The notes under the pieces: generated by a model
The model's input: the letters and a program-made list of their open reading frames with translations, nothing else
Database searches by the model: none
What the model was told of the DNA's origin: nothing
Source of the DNA: Patescibacteria group bacterium
Lineage (GTDB): Bacteria > Patescibacteriota > Patescibacteriia > Patescibacteriales > JAQTRU01
Direction of reading: 5' to 3'
DNA: 51,442 nt
Assembly: GCA_028711415.1 (NCBI GenBank)
Contig: JAQTSG010000002.1
Coordinates: 1 to 51,442 of the forward strand
Made by a program: the position numbers and the translations under genes
Part shown: positions 40,979 through 50,354 of the stretch, piece by piece
Position numbering within the stretch: the first letter of the stretch is position 1
Layout: each line of letters begins with the position of its first letter

Positions 40979-42103
40979 ATGGAAAATATTATAATTAAAA
41001 CGCCTAAAGGAGAAAGAATCATTGGCCCGGGGAAGCCGGTGTTTATTATCGCAGAAGCGGGCTCTAACCACGACGGGAAATTAGAACAGGCAAAAAAATT
41101 AATTGAGATCGCGGCGGACTCCGGCGCGGATGCCGTTAAATTTCAGTTATTCCGGGCGGCTAAAATTTATCCGCCCAAGATAGGTAAAATTCCTACGATT
41201 CAGGGAAAATTGGATTTATATGAATTCCTTAAGCAGGCCGAACTGCCTTTTAAATGGCTGCCGGTTTTAAAAAAATATTCGGAAAGCCGGGGGTTGGTCT
41301 TTATTGTTTCACCTTTTGACGAAAGGGCGGTTGATGAGTTAGCCAAAGTTGACCTGGCTGTTTATAAAATCGCTTCGCCGGAATTAAATCATCTCCCTTT
41401 GTTGAGATATATTGCCCGAAAAGGAAAGCCGGTGATTATGTCAACAGGATTAAGCAAAATGAGCGAGGTGGAAGAGGCGATTGAAACGGTGAGAAACGAA
41501 GGCAATGAAAAAATTTTACTTTTGCATTGCGTGACCGGCTATCCGGCCCTGCCCGAAGAATACAATTTAAGGGTTATGGAAACTTTGCGAAAGGCGTTTG
41601 GAGTGCCGGTGGGTTTGTCCGACCATTCTCTTAAACCGGCTTTGGTTCCAAAAATTGCCGCAGCCGCGGGAGCGAGCGCGGTAGAAAAGCATTTTACTAT
41701 CAATAAAAAGCTTCCCGGAGCGGACCATTCATTTTCCCTGGAACCTGAAGAATTAAAATTTATGGTTAAAGAAATAAGAGAAGCGGAGAAATGGAATCAA
41801 GCCCGGCGGCAGCGATTTTTACAGGGAAAAGGTTTTTATCAAAAAATCCTGGGCAGCGGGCAGAAAATAATTGCTCCTTCAGAGAAGGAACTTTATCCCG
41901 GAGATAAAAGAAGTATTTTTGTCATTAAAAATATTAAAAGGGGCGAAAAATTAACCAGAAAGAATACGGATATTTTAAGGGCGGAAAGATATATTATCCC
42001 CGGCATTTATCCCAAGTACTACGGCCTGGTTTTAGGGAAGAGAGTTGTTAAACCGATAAAAAAGTACACGGGATTGCAGTGGGAATATTTATTAAAGAAA
42101 TAA
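40979..42103 (+). CDS. Nonulosonic acid synthase (NeuB/PseI/LegI family) with C-terminal SAF domain
   Basis: PVFIIAEAGSNHDGKLEQAKKLIEIAADSGADAVKFQ, HCVTGYPA, GLSDHS, SAF-like IFVIKNIKRGEKLT. Confidence 0.85.
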   Translation: MENIIIKTPKGERIIGPGKPVFIIAEAGSNHDGKLEQAKKLIEIAADSGADAVKFQLFRAAKIYPPKIGKIPTIQGKLDLYEFLKQAELPFKWLPVLKKYSESRGLVFIVSPFDERAVDELAKVDLAVYKIASPELNHLPLLRYIARKGKPVIMSTGLSKMSEVEEAIETVRNEGNEKILLLHCVTGYPALPEEYNLRVMETLRKAFGVPVGLSDHSLKPALVPKIAAAAGASAVEKHFTINKKLPGADHSFSLEPEELKFMVKEIREAEKWNQARRQRFLQGKGFYQKILGSGQKIIAPSEKELYPGDKRSIFVIKNIKRGEKLTRKNTDILRAERYIIPGIYPKYYGLVLGKRVVKPIKKYTGLQWEYLLKK

Positions 42104-42104
42104 T

Positions 42105-42770
42105 ATGAAATTAGTTTTATTCGCGGTAACCGGTTTTGGCAACGAAGTACTCGACGCTTTATTGGCGGAGAATTGCGAGGTAGCTTATCTTTTTACGCGT
42201 CCGGGCCGAGAGCCGTCGCCCTATTACCCGGGAACGGAAAATTTAATTACCTATGCCGAAAAAAGCGGGGTGCCAATCCACGATGATTTTGACTGGATTG
42301 AAATTGAAAAGAAGATAAAAATGGCGTCGCCCGAGTTATTGCTCGTGGCCACTTATCCAAAAATTATCCCGTCTGAGATTATTAAGGCCGTGCCGCTGGC
42401 GGTTAACATTCATCCGTCTCTCTTGCCGAAGTACCGCGGCGCGACACCGATTGATTGGGTATTATACAACAAAGAAAAAGAGACCGGAGTAACCGCTCAT
42501 TTGCTTGCCGAGAAAGCCGATAGAGGCGGGATTTTAATTCAAAAAAAGATTAAAATTGCCGTTGACGACAGTAAGGCGACCCTGACTAGAAAATTAATAG
42601 ATTTATATGTTTTGGCGGTTAGGGAATTAATTAAGCGGATAAAAGCTAAAAGTTTAAAACCGGAATTGCAAAACGAAAAGGAAGCAACATATTTTCCGCG
42701 TTTTGATAAATTAAGCGAGGAGGAAAAAATAAAATTAAAATTGCAAAATGATGATAAAATACGGGATTAA
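42105..42770 (+). CDS. Formyltransferase (Fmt/PurN-like catalytic domain)
   Basis: VNIHPSLLPKYRGATPIDWVL...GVTAH...DRGGIL contains the N/H/D catalytic pattern. Confidence 0.75.
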   Translation: MKLVLFAVTGFGNEVLDALLAENCEVAYLFTRPGREPSPYYPGTENLITYAEKSGVPIHDDFDWIEIEKKIKMASPELLLVATYPKIIPSEIIKAVPLAVNIHPSLLPKYRGATPIDWVLYNKEKETGVTAHLLAEKADRGGILIQKKIKIAVDDSKATLTRKLIDLYVLAVRELIKRIKAKSLKPELQNEKEATYFPRFDKLSEEEKIKLKLQNDDKIRD

Positions 42771-43506
42771 AATTTGGTCAATCAACGAACATTATTTTAC
42801 GGAAGCGGTGAGCTTATATGAAAAGGGCAAGATTGATTTTATTGAACTTTATTTAGTGCCGGATAAAATACCCGAGTCAGTTAAAAAGTTTAAAAACGTT
42901 GAAATGCAAATTCACGCGCCGCATTCTTTTCACGGATTTAATATTTTTACAGTGAATCAAGCGGACGTTAATTTTTTTAAAGAACAAGTGGTAAAAACCG
43001 CCGATTTGTTAAACGCCAAAAATATTATCGTGCATGCGGGAGTGGGCGAGGACAAATTAATTTTTAAGAAAAATATTAAATTGATTGCGGACGATAGACT
43101 GTTAATAGAAAATAAGCCGAAAATTGGCTTAAATAATGAATTGTGCTTTGGCTATTCTTTGGATCAGCTTGTCTTTATAAAAGACGAATGCGGGCTTAAA
43201 ATCTGCTTTGATTTTGACCATGCGATCAAGAGCGCGGCTTCCGAGAAGATAAATTACAAAGATTTTTTAAGTAATTTATTGAGTATTTTAAAACCCGCTT
43301 ATTTTCATTTGTCCGGCGGTTTTTATGATAATGAGCAAGATGAACATTTAAACTTAGATGAAGGTAATATTGACTGGAGCTGGATTAAGAAGGAATTAGA
43401 AAAGTTAAGCGAAAATAAGGAGATTAGATTAGTTTTTGAGACGCCGAAAGTCGGAAATGATTTAAAAAATGACTTGAGAAATATAGAATATTTTAAGAAT
43501 TTATAA
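42748..43506 (+). CDS. TIM-barrel protein, xylose isomerase-like / AP endonuclease 2 fold (putative sugar isomerase/epimerase)
   Basis: FIELY, IHAPH, IIVHAG, IENKP pattern. 23-nt overlap with the upstream gene if the ATG at 42748 is used. Confidence 0.4.
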   Translation: MMIKYGIKIWSINEHYFTEAVSLYEKGKIDFIELYLVPDKIPESVKKFKNVEMQIHAPHSFHGFNIFTVNQADVNFFKEQVVKTADLLNAKNIIVHAGVGEDKLIFKKNIKLIADDRLLIENKPKIGLNNELCFGYSLDQLVFIKDECGLKICFDFDHAIKSAASEKINYKDFLSNLLSILKPAYFHLSGGFYDNEQDEHLNLDEGNIDWSWIKKELEKLSENKEIRLVFETPKVGNDLKNDLRNIEYFKNL

Positions 43507-43538
43507 ATGCGATAAAAGCAATTTAACATAAGAAGTTT

Positions 43539-45005
43539 ATGAAAGTATTATTTATAAATCCGAATAATTATCTCGCTATCGGGATTACAAATGGAATCGC
43601 AATTCTGTCTACAATTTTAAAACAGAAAGGGCACGAAGTAGGTTTGTTTGATTTTACCTTTATAAAGCCGAAAGAATATATTGCTCCCACGGCAGTTAAC
43701 AAAAGATATTCGCCCACTCCTTACACTTTAGACGATTTAGTCGCGAACGATCCCGTCCAGTCAATCGCGGAAGCGTTTAAAGAAAAGTTACGAGAATTTA
43801 AACCGGATTTAATCGCTGTTTCCGTGATGACGCAGCATTTTGATAAAATAACCGATCTTTTCAGGGAAGTAAAACCTCCTTGCAAAGTTATTGTCGGCGG
43901 CGTCCATGCCACCATATGCCCCGAGGATGTGTTTGCCAACGATTTTGTGGATTTTGTTTGCGTAGGAGAGGGAAGCGGATTACTCCCCGAACTCTGCGAT
44001 TGCCTGGAAAAAGGACTTGACTATTCAAAGATTAAAAATTTGGGTTTTAGAAAAGATGGAGAAATACATATAAACGAGCTTAGGCCCTTTGCCAACCTTG
44101 ACGAGATTCCAAACCTTGACTGGAAGTTGTTTGATGAGCGTCATTTATTCCGTCCTTTTATGGGTAAAGTCTATAAAGGCAGCTTTTATGTTATGTCTCG
44201 CGGATGTCCTGACCGATGCACTTATTGCGTTAATTGGTCTCTTCGCGAAGTCCAAACAAAATGCGGGCAATATTTTCGTTATCAATCTCCGTCAACTACA
44301 GCCAGGCAATTATCATTTTTGAAAAAAGAATGTGGAACTACTTGGTTTAAATTCGGCGATGATTCGCTTATGCTTTTAAGCGAGAGTTATTTAGAAGAAT
44401 TAGCGGAACATTTAAAACCGTTAGATATACATTTCGGATGTTCGATAAGGCCGGAAACAGTAACTAAAAGGAAAATTGAGATACTGAAATCAATGGGATG
44501 TGTGGCGGCTACTATCGGTATTGAATCCGGAAACGAGGAGATCAGGAAAAATGTTTTAAATAGGCGGATGACCAACGAACAAATCGAAAACGCGATTTTT
44601 TTACTGAAAGAAGGCGGTCTTAGGGTCTCAACTTTTAATATGATTGGCCTGCCGGGAGAAAGAAGAGAAAATGTTTTTGAGACAATAGAATTAAATAAAA
44701 AAGTAAAAGCCGATGAAACCAACGCCTATATTATCTATCCTCATCCCCACACAGAGATAAGCAGAAAATATAATATTAAATTCAGGGGTCCTGACGGGAG
44801 AGTCGTGCCATATTCCAAGGCCTCTTCTTTCGCCCTTTCCCAGATGCCGCCCGAAGAAGTGGAGGGACTTTTACGAGCTTTTAATCTTTATTTTAAATTG
44901 CCCAAAGAGATGTGGCCGATCGTGAAACTCGTAGAAAAAAAAGGCGAAACCCCCGAGCAATTAAGCGTAGCTTTATATGATTATATTTATTCTATTAATA
45001 AATAA
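43539..45005 (+). CDS. B12-binding domain radical SAM protein
   Basis: N-terminal cobalamin-binding-like domain, then MSRGCPDRCTYCVNW (CX3CX2C). Confidence 0.8.
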   Translation: MKVLFINPNNYLAIGITNGIAILSTILKQKGHEVGLFDFTFIKPKEYIAPTAVNKRYSPTPYTLDDLVANDPVQSIAEAFKEKLREFKPDLIAVSVMTQHFDKITDLFREVKPPCKVIVGGVHATICPEDVFANDFVDFVCVGEGSGLLPELCDCLEKGLDYSKIKNLGFRKDGEIHINELRPFANLDEIPNLDWKLFDERHLFRPFMGKVYKGSFYVMSRGCPDRCTYCVNWSLREVQTKCGQYFRYQSPSTTARQLSFLKKECGTTWFKFGDDSLMLLSESYLEELAEHLKPLDIHFGCSIRPETVTKRKIEILKSMGCVAATIGIESGNEEIRKNVLNRRMTNEQIENAIFLLKEGGLRVSTFNMIGLPGERRENVFETIELNKKVKADETNAYIIYPHPHTEISRKYNIKFRGPDGRVVPYSKASSFALSQMPPEEVEGLLRAFNLYFKLPKEMWPIVKLVEKKGETPEQLSVALYDYIYSINK

Positions 45006-45021
45006 CTAAGTAATATAAAAA

Positions 45022-46545
45022 ATGGAAAATACAAAAACGTTAAAAGGGAAGAAAATTTTAATTTTTCAGCAGCGAAGCTGGGGGACGAATATCGGGCATT
45101 TTTTGGCGAAAAAATTACAGCAAGAAGGATGTAAATTGGCCGCGCTCACCTTTAAAAGAACTACTCACGCATTCATGATAAATCAAAAAGAAGTTAAGTA
45201 TGATTTAGTTATTAACAATGACGAAATTATGGGCCGGCCGAAGGACTATTTGGCGGGCGACAGTTATTCGCTTAAGGAAATATGTGAAGCGTTAGGCGTA
45301 GACACAATCTGGCCCATAGTTATGACTTTGAGAAATCACGTAAAGTGCTATAAAGATAAATATTATTACGGCTTTAAGCAAAACGTCCCGGATGAAGAAA
45401 TTATAGATTTTGTTATGGCGGTATACAAGTATATCAAGGTATTTTTTGATGAATTTAATCCTGATATAATTATCGCGCCCAATCACGTTTCTTTGCCCCA
45501 TATAATGTTTAATTTGTTTGCCAGAAAGAGAGGAGTAAGGATGTTCGCCGTTACTAGCTCTAAGGTTCAGGGTTATAATATTTTTACCTACGATTATTAT
45601 GAAAGCGAAGGGGCCTTTCATGACCGCGTAGACGCGCTTAACGCTTCTCGGGCAAAAACCGAGAATCTGGAAAGAGCGAAAGAATATATCAGGGAATTCA
45701 GGGACACTTTTAAACAGCCGGATTCTATTAAGAATTTATTGGAGAAGAAACCGTTAATAAAAAGAATAAGGCACGAACTTTCGCCATATCGTAAAATATA
45801 TGATTGGTATACCAAAAAGCAGATAAACTTTTTAGAAAGCACCGGAATCACCATAGATTATAGGCCGCCATCAATAATCCTTCGGGACCATTATTGCGAA
45901 AAAAAATATAAGAAGTTTATGGATAATTTTGATTATTATCCGTTTGAGAAGATAAAAAAATTCGTTTATTTCCCTTTGCAATTCCAGCCGGAAGCTTCGA
46001 TTGATGTTTTGTCTCCGTATTTTAGCAATCAGATTGAAACCGCCCGCCAGATTGCCATGTCTTTGCCTGATGATTATGTTTTAGTAGCGAAAGAGCATCC
46101 AGCCATGGTCGGCAAAAGGCCGCCTTCCTATATTGAAAAAATAGCCAGAACTCCCAACGTTAAATTTATTGATTATAGAATTTCTTCAGAAGAAGTTTTA
46201 AAAAGAACTGATTTGGTGGTAGCTCCTATAGGTACGGCTTTTACCGAAGCGGCATTTTTAGGCAAACCAGTAATACAGCTGGGTAATTTAGGCACAACCT
46301 TAAAATTACCCAATGTCTTTAAGCATACTGATATGACAAAGTTGTGCCAAAAGATCAAAGAAGTTTTAAAAGTTAATTTAAAAACGGAAGAATACGAAAG
46401 AAAATTAGAAAATTTTGTAGCCGCCGCTTATGATACCGGCTTTAATTTTCGCTATGAAGTTGTTTGGCGTTATGGCAAAGGAGATAATATGGAAAATTTT
46501 TGGCAGATTTACAAAGAGGAAATAGAAAAGACATTAATTCATTAA
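45022..46545 (+). CDS. Capsule polysaccharide biosynthesis protein (KpsS/KpsC-like, Capsule_synth family)
   Basis: VYFPLQFQPEASIDVLSPYFSNQIETARQIAMSLPDDYVLVAKEHPAM resembles the Capsule_synth core. Pattern-level call. Confidence 0.5.
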   Translation: MENTKTLKGKKILIFQQRSWGTNIGHFLAKKLQQEGCKLAALTFKRTTHAFMINQKEVKYDLVINNDEIMGRPKDYLAGDSYSLKEICEALGVDTIWPIVMTLRNHVKCYKDKYYYGFKQNVPDEEIIDFVMAVYKYIKVFFDEFNPDIIIAPNHVSLPHIMFNLFARKRGVRMFAVTSSKVQGYNIFTYDYYESEGAFHDRVDALNASRAKTENLERAKEYIREFRDTFKQPDSIKNLLEKKPLIKRIRHELSPYRKIYDWYTKKQINFLESTGITIDYRPPSIILRDHYCEKKYKKFMDNFDYYPFEKIKKFVYFPLQFQPEASIDVLSPYFSNQIETARQIAMSLPDDYVLVAKEHPAMVGKRPPSYIEKIARTPNVKFIDYRISSEEVLKRTDLVVAPIGTAFTEAAFLGKPVIQLGNLGTTLKLPNVFKHTDMTKLCQKIKEVLKVNLKTEEYERKLENFVAAAYDTGFNFRYEVVWRYGKGDNMENFWQIYKEEIEKTLIH

Positions 46546-46555
46546 GATAAATATT

Positions 46556-47338
46556 ATGACTTTTTTACCAGAAAAAAGAGCCCTGGAAATATTAGGGGGC
46601 GAACAGCGGGAAGATAATAGCCAGGAAGCAAAAATCGTTAAATTTATGACGGAAGGAGCTGGCTATTGGAACGTGCCTGATAAAGAAAAATGGAAGGGCG
46701 TGTTTAATCATATCATGTTAGAATATAATGCCGGAATTCATATTGCTAAAAGGCTTAAAAGAATAGGGGAAGAAAAAAATATTGATGAATTGAAAAATAT
46801 TGATGGGCGCGAAGCGGCCACCGCGGCCTTGTTGAGCGATATTGGCAAAAGAAGAGCGGAAGAAGCGATTGCGAAAGGTGAAACCAAAGAAGACACTCAC
46901 GGGCAAATAGGCAAAGACATGCTGGAGAAAGCCGGTTTTTCTGAAACCATATCAAGGATCGCAAGTTCTCACGATTTTCCCACTTCCAAAGATCAATTGC
47001 CTACCATTTATGATAAAATTGCTTTATTTGCCGATGCTATTGCCGGCCAAAAATATATGCTGCCGTCTGAAAGACTTCACGATATTGAACAAAGATGGAT
47101 TACGCAAAGAAAAGAACAAGGTAAAAATCCTTTAATCAATGAAGATAAATTTGAACAATATAGGCAAGTCGTGCAGGAAGTAGCAGACGAGATCTTTGGA
47201 CTTTTAGGCGAAGATCCGGAAGAATTTATTAGAAATATTCCTCACAGCCGAGAAGAAAGATATTTACGGGCTTTATTTGATAAGAATTTAGAAAACAGGG
47301 GAATACAGTTTGCGGATAATTTGTACAAAGAAAAATAA
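46556..47338 (+). CDS. HD-domain-like protein with degenerate HD dyad
   Basis: AALLSDIGK appears where HD phosphohydrolases have LLHDIGK. Other His residues (NHIM, THGQ, SSHD) are present. Confidence 0.35.
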   Translation: MTFLPEKRALEILGGEQREDNSQEAKIVKFMTEGAGYWNVPDKEKWKGVFNHIMLEYNAGIHIAKRLKRIGEEKNIDELKNIDGREAATAALLSDIGKRRAEEAIAKGETKEDTHGQIGKDMLEKAGFSETISRIASSHDFPTSKDQLPTIYDKIALFADAIAGQKYMLPSERLHDIEQRWITQRKEQGKNPLINEDKFEQYRQVVQEVADEIFGLLGEDPEEFIRNIPHSREERYLRALFDKNLENRGIQFADNLYKEK

Positions 47339-47376
47339 TAAATAATAATATATTAATTTAACATTAATTTAAACTT

Positions 47377-47808
47377 ATGAAGAAAAATCAACCAAAAATT
47401 GTTTATTCCTACTATGTTTTAGACATTATCCACAAGGGCCATTTATTAATGATGAAAAATGCTAAAGCCATGGCCGGCAAAGACGGAAAATTAATAGTTG
47501 GTATTTTAACTGATGAGGCAACTATGGAAAAAAAACCAAAGCCAATTATGCCTTTTGAAGAAAGAATAGAATTAGCCGAAGCCATAAGATATGCCGATGT
47601 CGTGGCGCCGCAGGAAACTTATTCTCCTTTGCCGAATATTAAAAAGATTAAGCCGGATATTTTAATAGAGAGCGCTAGCCATGAGGAAAAAGCGATTGAA
47701 GAATGTCGCCGGTATATGGAAAGCATTGGCGGTAAAGTCGTGGTTTTACCGTATTTCCCAAAGATTTCATCAACAAATATTAAACAAAAAATAAAAAATT
47801 CTAAATAA
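47377..47808 (+). CDS. Cytidylyltransferase, TagD-like (HxGH nucleotidyltransferase)
   Basis: IHKGH motif, LIVGILTDE, ERIELAEAIRYADVV, C-terminal ISSTNIKQKI. Parallels glycerol-3-phosphate cytidylyltransferase. Confidence 0.7.
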   Translation: MKKNQPKIVYSYYVLDIIHKGHLLMMKNAKAMAGKDGKLIVGILTDEATMEKKPKPIMPFEERIELAEAIRYADVVAPQETYSPLPNIKKIKPDILIESASHEEKAIEECRRYMESIGGKVVVLPYFPKISSTNIKQKIKNSK

Positions 47809-47825
47809 ATGTTAATTAAAAAAAT

Positions 47826-48743
47826 ATGAAGAAATTATTTTTAGTTGGGTTTTTATTAAGTTTGGTGGTTGTGTTTGCCGGCTGCCAAACCAAAACAGAC
47901 AATCAAACTGCCAGCCAGGGGGAGAAGGGAATTAAAGTTTTAAAAATGGGGCTTATTCCAGCCGATGATGCGGAAGAAATGCTAAGAAATTATGAGCCAA
48001 TTAAAGAGTATTTATCCGAAGAGTTAGGCATACCGGTTGAGATACAGGTTACCTCGGACTATACGGCGGCCATTGAAGCGATGCGGGCAAAACATATTGA
48101 TCTGGCCTGGTTTGGTCCGTTTTCGTATATCATCGCGGCTAACATTGCCAACGCTGAAGCCATTGTTAACGGCGTTACAGAAAGTACGGGCAGCGCAACT
48201 TATAAATCAATCATAGTAGTTAAGGCAAACAGCGGCATTGAGACATTAGAAGATTTAAAGGGAAAGTCATTCGCTTTTGTAGATCCGGCTTCAACTTCCG
48301 GAAATCTTATTCCCAGAAAGATACTTATTGAAAACGGGATTGATCCTGATAAGGATTTTAGCGCCAGTTTTTTTGCCGGGACGCATAACTCGGTTGAGTA
48401 CGCAGTTGCCAATGGCAAAGTAGATGCCGGCGCCGATAGCGATAATTCATATAATCGCATGGTGGAGGCCGGAGAAATTGATTCGGAAGTCAATAAAATA
48501 CTTTATACATCAGAGCCGATACCCGGCTCTCCCATAGTTGTCAGGGGGGATTTGCCGGTTGAATTGAAGGATAAAATAAAACAAGCTTTAATTAACATGG
48601 ATAAACAGACAATTCACAAGGTTAATGGATGGGGTGATATTAGCAGCTATCGGGCAGTGAGCGATAGCGATTATAATGTAATTCGCGATACCGCCAAAGT
48701 ATTAGGGATGGACATTAGCAACGCCGAGGCGGCATCTAAATAA
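47826..48743 (+). CDS. phnD: Phosphonate/phosphite ABC transporter substrate-binding lipoprotein
   Basis: Lipobox VFAGC. LKMGLIPADDAEE...IDLAWFGPFSY...FVDPASTSG is typical PhnD. Confidence 0.8.
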   Translation: MKKLFLVGFLLSLVVVFAGCQTKTDNQTASQGEKGIKVLKMGLIPADDAEEMLRNYEPIKEYLSEELGIPVEIQVTSDYTAAIEAMRAKHIDLAWFGPFSYIIAANIANAEAIVNGVTESTGSATYKSIIVVKANSGIETLEDLKGKSFAFVDPASTSGNLIPRKILIENGIDPDKDFSASFFAGTHNSVEYAVANGKVDAGADSDNSYNRMVEAGEIDSEVNKILYTSEPIPGSPIVVRGDLPVELKDKIKQALINMDKQTIHKVNGWGDISSYRAVSDSDYNVIRDTAKVLGMDISNAEAASK

Positions 48744-48749
48744 TTTGCC

Positions 48750-49523
48750 ATGATAAAAATAGAAAATTTAAGTCATACTTATAGAGATCGCGAAAAAGAA
48801 GCGATCAAAAATATTAATCTCCATGTTCAAAAGGGGGAGAGTTTGGTTATTATTGGCTCAAGCGGTTCCGGGAAGTCGACTTTGCTTAAAGCAATTAACA
48901 GAACAATTGAACCAACCGCCGGAAAAATATTCATTGCCGGCGAAGATATTTTAAGCAGTCCGAATAAAAAAGTTAGGCAGATTAGAGGCAGTATCGGTAT
49001 GATTTTCCAAAATTTTAATTTAATTGAAAGAGAGACCGTTTTAAAAAATGTTCTTGACGGCCGGTCCAGGTATAATAATAATTTAAATATAATATTAGGC
49101 AGGTTTTCCCAAGATGACTATCGGGTAGCCAGAGAAAGTCTTCAGATGGTTGGCTTAGCCGCCCATGAACAAGATAGAGTCGCTAATTTAAGCGGTGGAG
49201 AAAAACAAAGAGTGGCTATGGCCAGAGCTTTATCGCAGAAACCGGAAGTTATTTTAGCCGATGAGCCAGTTTCCAGTTTGGATCCTAAATTGATGAAGGA
49301 AATTATGGATTTATTAAAAAATATCTGCGATGAAAAAAATATTACTTTAATTTCTAGCTTGCATTTCCTTGATTTTGCCAGGCAATACAGTTCAAGAATA
49401 ATTGGAATGAGAGAGGGGGAAATTATTTTTGACGGCAGCGAATCAGATTTAACCGACCACGATATTGTAAATATATACGGTAAGACCAGAGACTGGTATC
49501 TTTATGGCAAATTAGGTTTTTAA
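48750..49523 (+). CDS. phnC: Phosphonate ABC transporter ATP-binding protein
   Basis: Walker A GSSGSGKST, signature LSGGEKQRVAMARAL, Walker B ILADEP. Confidence 0.85.
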   Translation: MIKIENLSHTYRDREKEAIKNINLHVQKGESLVIIGSSGSGKSTLLKAINRTIEPTAGKIFIAGEDILSSPNKKVRQIRGSIGMIFQNFNLIERETVLKNVLDGRSRYNNNLNIILGRFSQDDYRVARESLQMVGLAAHEQDRVANLSGGEKQRVAMARALSQKPEVILADEPVSSLDPKLMKEIMDLLKNICDEKNITLISSLHFLDFARQYSSRIIGMREGEIIFDGSESDLTDHDIVNIYGKTRDWYLYGKLGF

Positions 49524-49527
49524 TTAT

Positions 49528-50337
49528 ATGAAGATGTTAAACTTAAAAAAAATAAATATACTGATAAGAAAATATAAGAATTTTTTAGTCGGTATATTAA
49601 TAATTGCCGTTTATTATTGGGCGATTAAAGGAACCGATGTAAGCTTAATAAATTTTACCAAAGGAATTCCCTTTATGGCGGACTTTATAGGGAGAATGTT
49701 TCCTCCGGATATAAGTAATTTGGGAAGATTTTTAGCTAAAGCTCTTGAAACCCTGCAAATGGCAATAGCCGGTTCAACCATAGGAGCTTTAATCGCTTTG
49801 CCCTTATCTTTTTTAGGAGCCAGGAATGTCATGCCTAATAAATTAGTTTACCATTCTATTAGGACAATTTTCGATATATGTAGAGGTATAAATGAGATAG
49901 TCTGGGGTCTGATATTTGTTTCTATGGTCGGTTTAGGCCCGTTTCCCGGGGTTTTGGCCCTGGCCGTGCATGTTACCGGCGCCTTAGGCAGATATTTTTC
50001 TGAAGCGATAGAAACCGCGGATTCGGAAATAATCAAGGCGATTATTTCAACCGGCGCCAGCAGGGTCCAGGTGATTGTCAGGGGGATTTTCCCGCAAGTC
50101 AAGCCGCTGTTTATCAATTACTCCTTGTATTATTTAGAAAATAACTTCAGAGCCGCTACCGTGTTGGGCTTAGTCGGCGCCGGCGGGATTGGTATGGAAT
50201 TATTAACCAGCATGAGACTTTTTAGGAGCGAGGAAGTTTTAACTATTTTAATTATTATGGTTCTTATGGTTACGGCTATTGATAGATTCAGCGCCCATAT
50301 CAGAAAAAAAATAACTAGAGTGGAAATATTAAATTAA
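49528..50337 (+). CDS. phnE: Phosphonate ABC transporter permease
   Basis: Six-TM permease with an EAA-like loop (EAIETADSEIIKAIISTGASRVQVI). Gene order phnD-C-E. Confidence 0.8.
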   Translation: MKMLNLKKINILIRKYKNFLVGILIIAVYYWAIKGTDVSLINFTKGIPFMADFIGRMFPPDISNLGRFLAKALETLQMAIAGSTIGALIALPLSFLGARNVMPNKLVYHSIRTIFDICRGINEIVWGLIFVSMVGLGPFPGVLALAVHVTGALGRYFSEAIETADSEIIKAIISTGASRVQVIVRGIFPQVKPLFINYSLYYLENNFRAATVLGLVGAGGIGMELLTSMRLFRSEEVLTILIIMVLMVTAIDRFSAHIRKKITRVEILN

Positions 50338-50354
50338 ACTATAATTGAAATAAT

